This document shows positions 59,940-64,000 of a stretch of DNA of 64,000 nt, in pieces. How positions within the stretch are numbered: position 1 is the stretch's first letter; every line of letters starts with the position of its first letter. This DNA comes from an uncultured Nitrospiraceae bacterium (GTDB taxonomy: Bacteria; Nitrospirota; Thermodesulfovibrionia; Thermodesulfovibrionales; Dissulfurispiraceae), in assembly GCA_963727805.1 (NCBI GenBank), contig CAVSHF010000004.1:32001-96000 (forward strand). Reading direction: 5' to 3'. A program made the position numbers and the translations under genes. A model generated the notes under the pieces. That model had not been told where the DNA came from, did no database searches, and saw only the letters and a program-made list of their open reading frames with translations.

Positions 59940-60887
59940 ATGCTAAAACAATTTGCCGACTATGTTACCTATGCCTTGCTGAAGCTGGAGCCTGCCAGTC
60001 ATGTCGGAGATGCGCTAAACTTCTTTATATACGATACCATAAAGATATTCTTATTGCTCACCACGATAGTTTTTGTCGTAGCGGTCATCCGTGCGTACTT
60101 CTCGCCAGAGAAGACCAAAAGAATACTAACGCATAAAAAAGAAATTATAGGTAATATACTTGCCGCCCTGCTTGGCATCGTCACTCCTTTCTGCTCATGC
60201 TCGGCAGTCCCTCTCTTCATCGGGTTCGTAGAGGCAGGAGTGCCACTTGGGGTCACTTTTTCATTTCTCATCTCTTCTCCCATGGTCAACGAAGTGGCGC
60301 TGATAATGTTATGGGGGCTTTTCGGATGGAAGATTGCTATGATTTACGCTGGAGCGGGTGTTGTCCTAGCGATTCTCTCCGGCATAGTCATCGGCAAGCT
60401 AAGGATGGAAAAGTACGTTCAAAATTACGTTTGGGAGATGCAGGTGGGTGAAATGGAGGTCACGGAAACCGGCTTCCGCGACAAGCTTGTGTATGCCCGT
60501 GGCTATACAGCAGACCTGCTAAAAAAACTCTGGCCCTATGTTGTTATAGGTATTGGCTTGGGAGCTGCCGTGCACGGGTACATACCGGCAGACTTTATCG
60601 TTAAATATGCTGGGCCGGATAATCCTATAGCGGTACTGGTTGCAGTTTTGATCGGCATACCGCTTTATAGCAATGCCGCCGGCATGATTCCAGTTGTTCA
60701 GGCGCTCGTGGGAAAAGGTATGGCCATGGGTACGGTGCTGGCATTCATGATGTCGGTCACTGCAATTTCATTCCCGGAGGCTGTAATACTGAAGAACGTA
60801 TTGAAGCTGCCTCTTATCGTCACCTTTTTTAGCATAGTTGCGGTAGGAATCGTCATTGTCGGATATCTGTTTAATGCCATTTTGTGA
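59940..60887 (+). CDS. arsP: ArsP (DUF318) permease
   Basis: FFIYD..KI, TPFCSCS..P, FL.SSP..NE, G.PLYSN..G..P, FMM.V...S.PE. Confidence 0.85.
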   Translation: MLKQFADYVTYALLKLEPASHVGDALNFFIYDTIKIFLLLTTIVFVVAVIRAYFSPEKTKRILTHKKEIIGNILAALLGIVTPFCSCSAVPLFIGFVEAGVPLGVTFSFLISSPMVNEVALIMLWGLFGWKIAMIYAGAGVVLAILSGIVIGKLRMEKYVQNYVWEMQVGEMEVTETGFRDKLVYARGYTADLLKKLWPYVVIGIGLGAAVHGYIPADFIVKYAGPDNPIAVLVAVLIGIPLYSNAAGMIPVVQALVGKGMAMGTVLAFMMSVTAISFPEAVILKNVLKLPLIVTFFSIVAVGIVIVGYLFNAIL

Positions 60888-60926
60888 AGATCCTTGGTCT
60901 TCCGATTTCAACACCAGGAGGAATAT

Positions 60927-61277
60927 ATGTCAGAGTGTGCATGCGGCGGAAATACCTATATTTTTTCATGTTCAGGCGCGGCAGACGTAGGGGCTCTATC
61001 TGATCGGATAGCCAGAAAATTGTCAAAGGATGGAAAGGGGAAAATGTATTGCATGGCTGCGGTGGGGGCGAACATCCCTGAAAAGATAGCACCGCTGAAA
61101 GCGGCCTTAGGTGCTGTTACCATCGACGGATGCTCCTCTTTATGTGCAAAAAAGGTGCTGGAAAATGCCGGCTTCAAACCCGTCTCTTATAACTTGGAGG
61201 ATTTCGGTTTTAAGAAGGGCAAAACAGATGTGAATGATGCAGCGATAGATCTTGCAATCGGAAAGTTAGGACTATAA
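60927..61277 (+). CDS. DGC-domain putative zinc-binding protein
   Basis: CSG...G..D..AR.L, C, IDGC...CA. Start after AGGAGG. Confidence 0.8.
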   Translation: MSECACGGNTYIFSCSGAADVGALSDRIARKLSKDGKGKMYCMAAVGANIPEKIAPLKAALGAVTIDGCSSLCAKKVLENAGFKPVSYNLEDFGFKKGKTDVNDAAIDLAIGKLGL

Positions 61278-61304
61278 TTCGAGGAAGAGAAGGGAGCGTA
61301 GGCA

Positions 61305-61544
61305 ATGGAGATTAAAGTATTGGGTCCAGGCTGTGCTAACTGCCACAAGATGGAGGCGTTGGTGAAACAGGCTATCAAAGAGTTGGGCATTGACGCCAAA
61401 ATAGAAAAGGTGAGCGATATCCGCGATATAATGAAATATACAATGTCTACGCCCGGGTTCGTGGTGAACGGTAAGCTCAAACATTTTGGCAAACCTTTAC
61501 CAAGCCTCGATAAGGTTAAAGAGCTTATCAAATCGGAGGCATAA
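61305..61544 (+). CDS. Small thioredoxin-like redox-active disulfide protein
   Basis: IKVLGPGCANC ... STPG.VVNG. Confidence 0.88.
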   Translation: MEIKVLGPGCANCHKMEALVKQAIKELGIDAKIEKVSDIRDIMKYTMSTPGFVVNGKLKHFGKPLPSLDKVKELIKSEA

Positions 61545-61548
61545 TCTG

Positions 61549-61938
61549 ATGCAGGAGATTCTTAACATTTTCAAGGCCCTCTCCGATGAAACGCGGTTGA
61601 GGATATTGAAGCTCCTCGAACATGGAGAATTATGCGTCTGCGACCTATTTTCAGCCCTCGAAATGGTCCAGCCAAAGGTCTCTTTTCACTTGTCTGTTCT
61701 CAAAGACGCTGGATTGATAACGGATAGAAAAGAAGGGCGCTGGGTTCACTATCGCCTCGATGATAAGGACATACTAAGAAGGTTTATGTTGCTTACCGTC
61801 ATGGAGAGGGTTTCCGAAGATGTCATTAAAGATGATAGAGCGCGTCTCACGGCTTTTCTGGAAAGTAAGCAGGAAGCTAATAATAATGAAAAGACGACGA
61901 CAACGCCTATTAAGAAAAGTAAATGCTGCGGGAGGTAA
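61549..61938 (+). CDS. arsR: Second ArsR/SmtB repressor
   Basis: FKALSDETRLRI, ELCVCD, VSFHL; C-terminal CC. Confidence 0.9.
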   Translation: MQEILNIFKALSDETRLRILKLLEHGELCVCDLFSALEMVQPKVSFHLSVLKDAGLITDRKEGRWVHYRLDDKDILRRFMLLTVMERVSEDVIKDDRARLTAFLESKQEANNNEKTTTTPIKKSKCCGR

Positions 61939-61947
61939 TACAATCAA

Positions 61948-63027
61948 ATGAGCACCGTCACTAAGCGTCTCTCCTTTCTCGACCGCTATCTAACACTCTG
62001 GATATTTGCCGCGATGCTCCTGGGTGTTGGTCTTGGCTATTTTGTGCCGCAAGTAGAGGGTTTAATCAACAGTTTTCAGGTAGGTACTACCAACATTCCC
62101 ATTGCTATCGGCCTCATTCTCATGATGTATCCGCCCCTCGCAAAGGTGAAGTATGAAGAGCTGGGTGAGGTCTTCAAAAATAAAAAAGTTTTGGGACTTT
62201 CCCTAATTCAAAACTGGGTGATCGGGCCGATACTTATGTTTCTGCTGGCAATTATTTTTCTTCAGGATTATCCGGAATATATGGTAGGCCTCATTATGAT
62301 CGGGCTGGCGCGCTGTATTGCCATGGTCATTGTCTGGAACGACCTGGCGTGCGGAGATCCGGAGTACGCAGCCGGATTGGTCGCCTTCAATTCGATATTT
62401 CAGGTGCTCTTCTTCTCGGTCTATGCCTACATATTCATAACAATCCTGCCTGCGTGGTTCGGACTCAAAGGTGCGGTTGTGCATGTCACAATCGGCCAGA
62501 TCGCCGAAAGTGTATTTATCTATCTGGGGATTCCTTTTCTGGCTGGAATGTTGACCCGGTTCAGCTTGCTCAAAATTAAGAGCCGCCAATGGTACGAACA
62601 CGAATTCATACCGAGAGTAAGCCCTCTTACTCTTGTCTTCCTGCTATTTACTATAGTTGTGATGTTTTCCCTGAAGGGAAATTATATAGTCAGGTTGCCA
62701 ATGGATGTAGTGCACATTGCAATACCCTTACTGATCTATTTTGTAGTAATGTTTCTTGTTTCGTTCTACCTCGGCAGAAAGATAGGAGCAGATTATGCCA
62801 AGACCGCTACGCTTTCGTTCACTGCTGCGAGCAATAATTTCGAACTGGCCATAGCCGTTGCCGTAGCTGTTTTCGGGATAAACTCTGGCGCTGCCTTTGC
62901 TGCAGTCATCGGCCCTCTTGTGGAAGTGCCGGCCTTAATCGGCTTGGTAAACGTTGCACTCTATTTTCAGAGAAAATATTTTTCGGACAAATACTGCAAG
63001 GTGGCTGAGGTAAAACCTCATTTGTAA
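61948..63027 (+). CDS. acr3: Acr3 arsenite efflux permease
   Basis: [45 protein letters not shown]. Confidence 0.95.
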   Translation: MSTVTKRLSFLDRYLTLWIFAAMLLGVGLGYFVPQVEGLINSFQVGTTNIPIAIGLILMMYPPLAKVKYEELGEVFKNKKVLGLSLIQNWVIGPILMFLLAIIFLQDYPEYMVGLIMIGLARCIAMVIVWNDLACGDPEYAAGLVAFNSIFQVLFFSVYAYIFITILPAWFGLKGAVVHVTIGQIAESVFIYLGIPFLAGMLTRFSLLKIKSRQWYEHEFIPRVSPLTLVFLLFTIVVMFSLKGNYIVRLPMDVVHIAIPLLIYFVVMFLVSFYLGRKIGADYAKTATLSFTAASNNFELAIAVAVAVFGINSGAAFAAVIGPLVEVPALIGLVNVALYFQRKYFSDKYCKVAEVKPHL

Positions 63028-63062
63028 TATGTAACACGGTGAATATCGGAAAGGAATACCGC

Positions 63063-63752
63063 ATGCTCAAGATCGATCCTGCACCAGATTATCCGACCGA
63101 AGAAGGCCGATACCTCAGAGGGAACGACTATTCTCCAGTGGCCGTCGCTGTTATCCTGATCTATGACAGCGATAAAATCCCAAAGGACATCGAAATGCTT
63201 GTGAGGACCGGGGTCGAAGCGGGGGCCGCGCTTTCCGGCACAATACAGACCGAAAACATCGGCGTCGAAAAGATGGTCTGCAATATCATTGGTAATCCCA
63301 ATATCCGGTATCTCGTACTGACCGGCCCTGAATCTCCCGGTCATTCGACCGGCGAAGCCATAATGTCACTGCTTAAAGATGGTGTCGATGAGCGCAAGAG
63401 GATCAGGAACACCGGTGCGCCTACACCTTATCTATTCAATCTTCCAATAGAATATATCGAGCGATTCAGAAAACAAATTATTTCCGTAGTCGATCTACTT
63501 AACCGTGGAACTCCCGATCTCGTAAGAAAGGCTGTCTGGTCCTGCTACCAGGAAACCCCAACGGAGTTTGAGGAGCATATGTTGTACGATATCGGCGCGT
63601 ATCCTGAAACGCCGATAAGTGCCGTCCTCACATGGAGGGTTACTAATCCTGCTTTTGAACCAAAGGATGAACAGGAGCGAAAGCAGAAAGATGATTTTGC
63701 AAAGAAGATGGAGGAGATCAGAAAAAAAGTTCAGGAGAAACACAGAACATGA
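63063..63752 (+). CDS. Soluble MtrA-like (tetrahydromethanopterin S-methyltransferase subunit A) corrinoid-binding protein
   Basis: G.Y..G...SPVAV, EAGAA.SG...TEN.G.EK...N...NPNIR.L.L.G.E..GH.TG, GVD....I, P...N.P...IERF.KQ; no C-terminal TM anchor. Confidence 0.85.
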   Translation: MLKIDPAPDYPTEEGRYLRGNDYSPVAVAVILIYDSDKIPKDIEMLVRTGVEAGAALSGTIQTENIGVEKMVCNIIGNPNIRYLVLTGPESPGHSTGEAIMSLLKDGVDERKRIRNTGAPTPYLFNLPIEYIERFRKQIISVVDLLNRGTPDLVRKAVWSCYQETPTEFEEHMLYDIGAYPETPISAVLTWRVTNPAFEPKDEQERKQKDDFAKKMEEIRKKVQEKHRT

Positions 63753-63776
63753 CATGTTTAAAAATGGAGGCATCAG

Positions 63777-64000
63777 GTGAAACTTGTTAAGGTTTTTATA
63801 TTGATTGGCTTTCTGGTCTTTTCATATGGCACCGGCTGGGCGGCCGATTTCGATGCGTTGCTAACAAAAGCAAAGATAGAGAAAAAAGTCGTAATGCTGG
63901 AGCTCGGATCAGTTGGTTGCGTTCCCTGTGATCAGATGAGACCGGTGATGGACAAGCTCACGCAGAACTATAAAGGCAAGCTCGAAGTCATCTTCGTGGA
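63777..64000 (+). CDS. Exported thioredoxin-family protein (runs off the window)
   Basis: GTG after GGAGG; signal peptide; MLELGS.GCVPC..M.PV. Confidence 0.8.
   Translation, partial: MKLVKVFILIGFLVFSYGTGWAADFDALLTKAKIEKKVVMLELGSVGCVPCDQMRPVMDKLTQNYKGKLEVIFV

Noticed and set aside
63063..63752. Mercury methylase HgcA, or evidence of methanogenesis
   Set aside because: No NVWCAAGK cap helix, TM domain or hgcB. No other mtr/mcr genes, and the context is clearly bacterial.

Overview
Bacterial chromosomal window from a probably anaerobic Gram-negative organism. Gene content and order resemble Nitrospirota (Thermodesulfovibrionia) or Desulfobacterota; this is inference, not a database result. Layout: (1) ~0.4-20.8 kb is mostly housekeeping: membrane/spermidine-synthase-like fusion, tRNA-Ala, split atpBE, purD, a protoglobin-PsiE fusion, a half-length purH, eroded radC, metG-ricT-holB-tmk, a MesB-like core methionine synthase, an unannotated 30-aa bS22 gene and a large CoA-activase. 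(2) ~21-36.3 kb is a type IV pilin locus (pilA with sigma-54 promoter, pilSR, pilC). Downstream of pilA lie a 422-bp IS3-derived relic and an AT-rich 11-gene sugar-modification and transfer cluster. (3) 36.5-44.2 kb holds cooC-ygfA-folE-folD, argDF, rpiB-glyA-nrdR, tRNA-Gln and tRNA-Glu. (4) From tRNA-Glu onward there are nested or tandem islands with att-like repeats but no integrase in view. The first carries a sigma-like protein, an AEP-primase/SF2-helicase and two TA pairs. The second carries a Tat-exported molybdoenzyme operon with a triheme cytochrome, divergent from an arsenic-resistance cluster. The best candidates for an undescribed system are a soluble MtrA-like corrinoid protein inside the ars operon and the adjacent anchor-less DMSO-reductase-family enzyme. 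All product calls come from motif recognition by eye; no searches were run.
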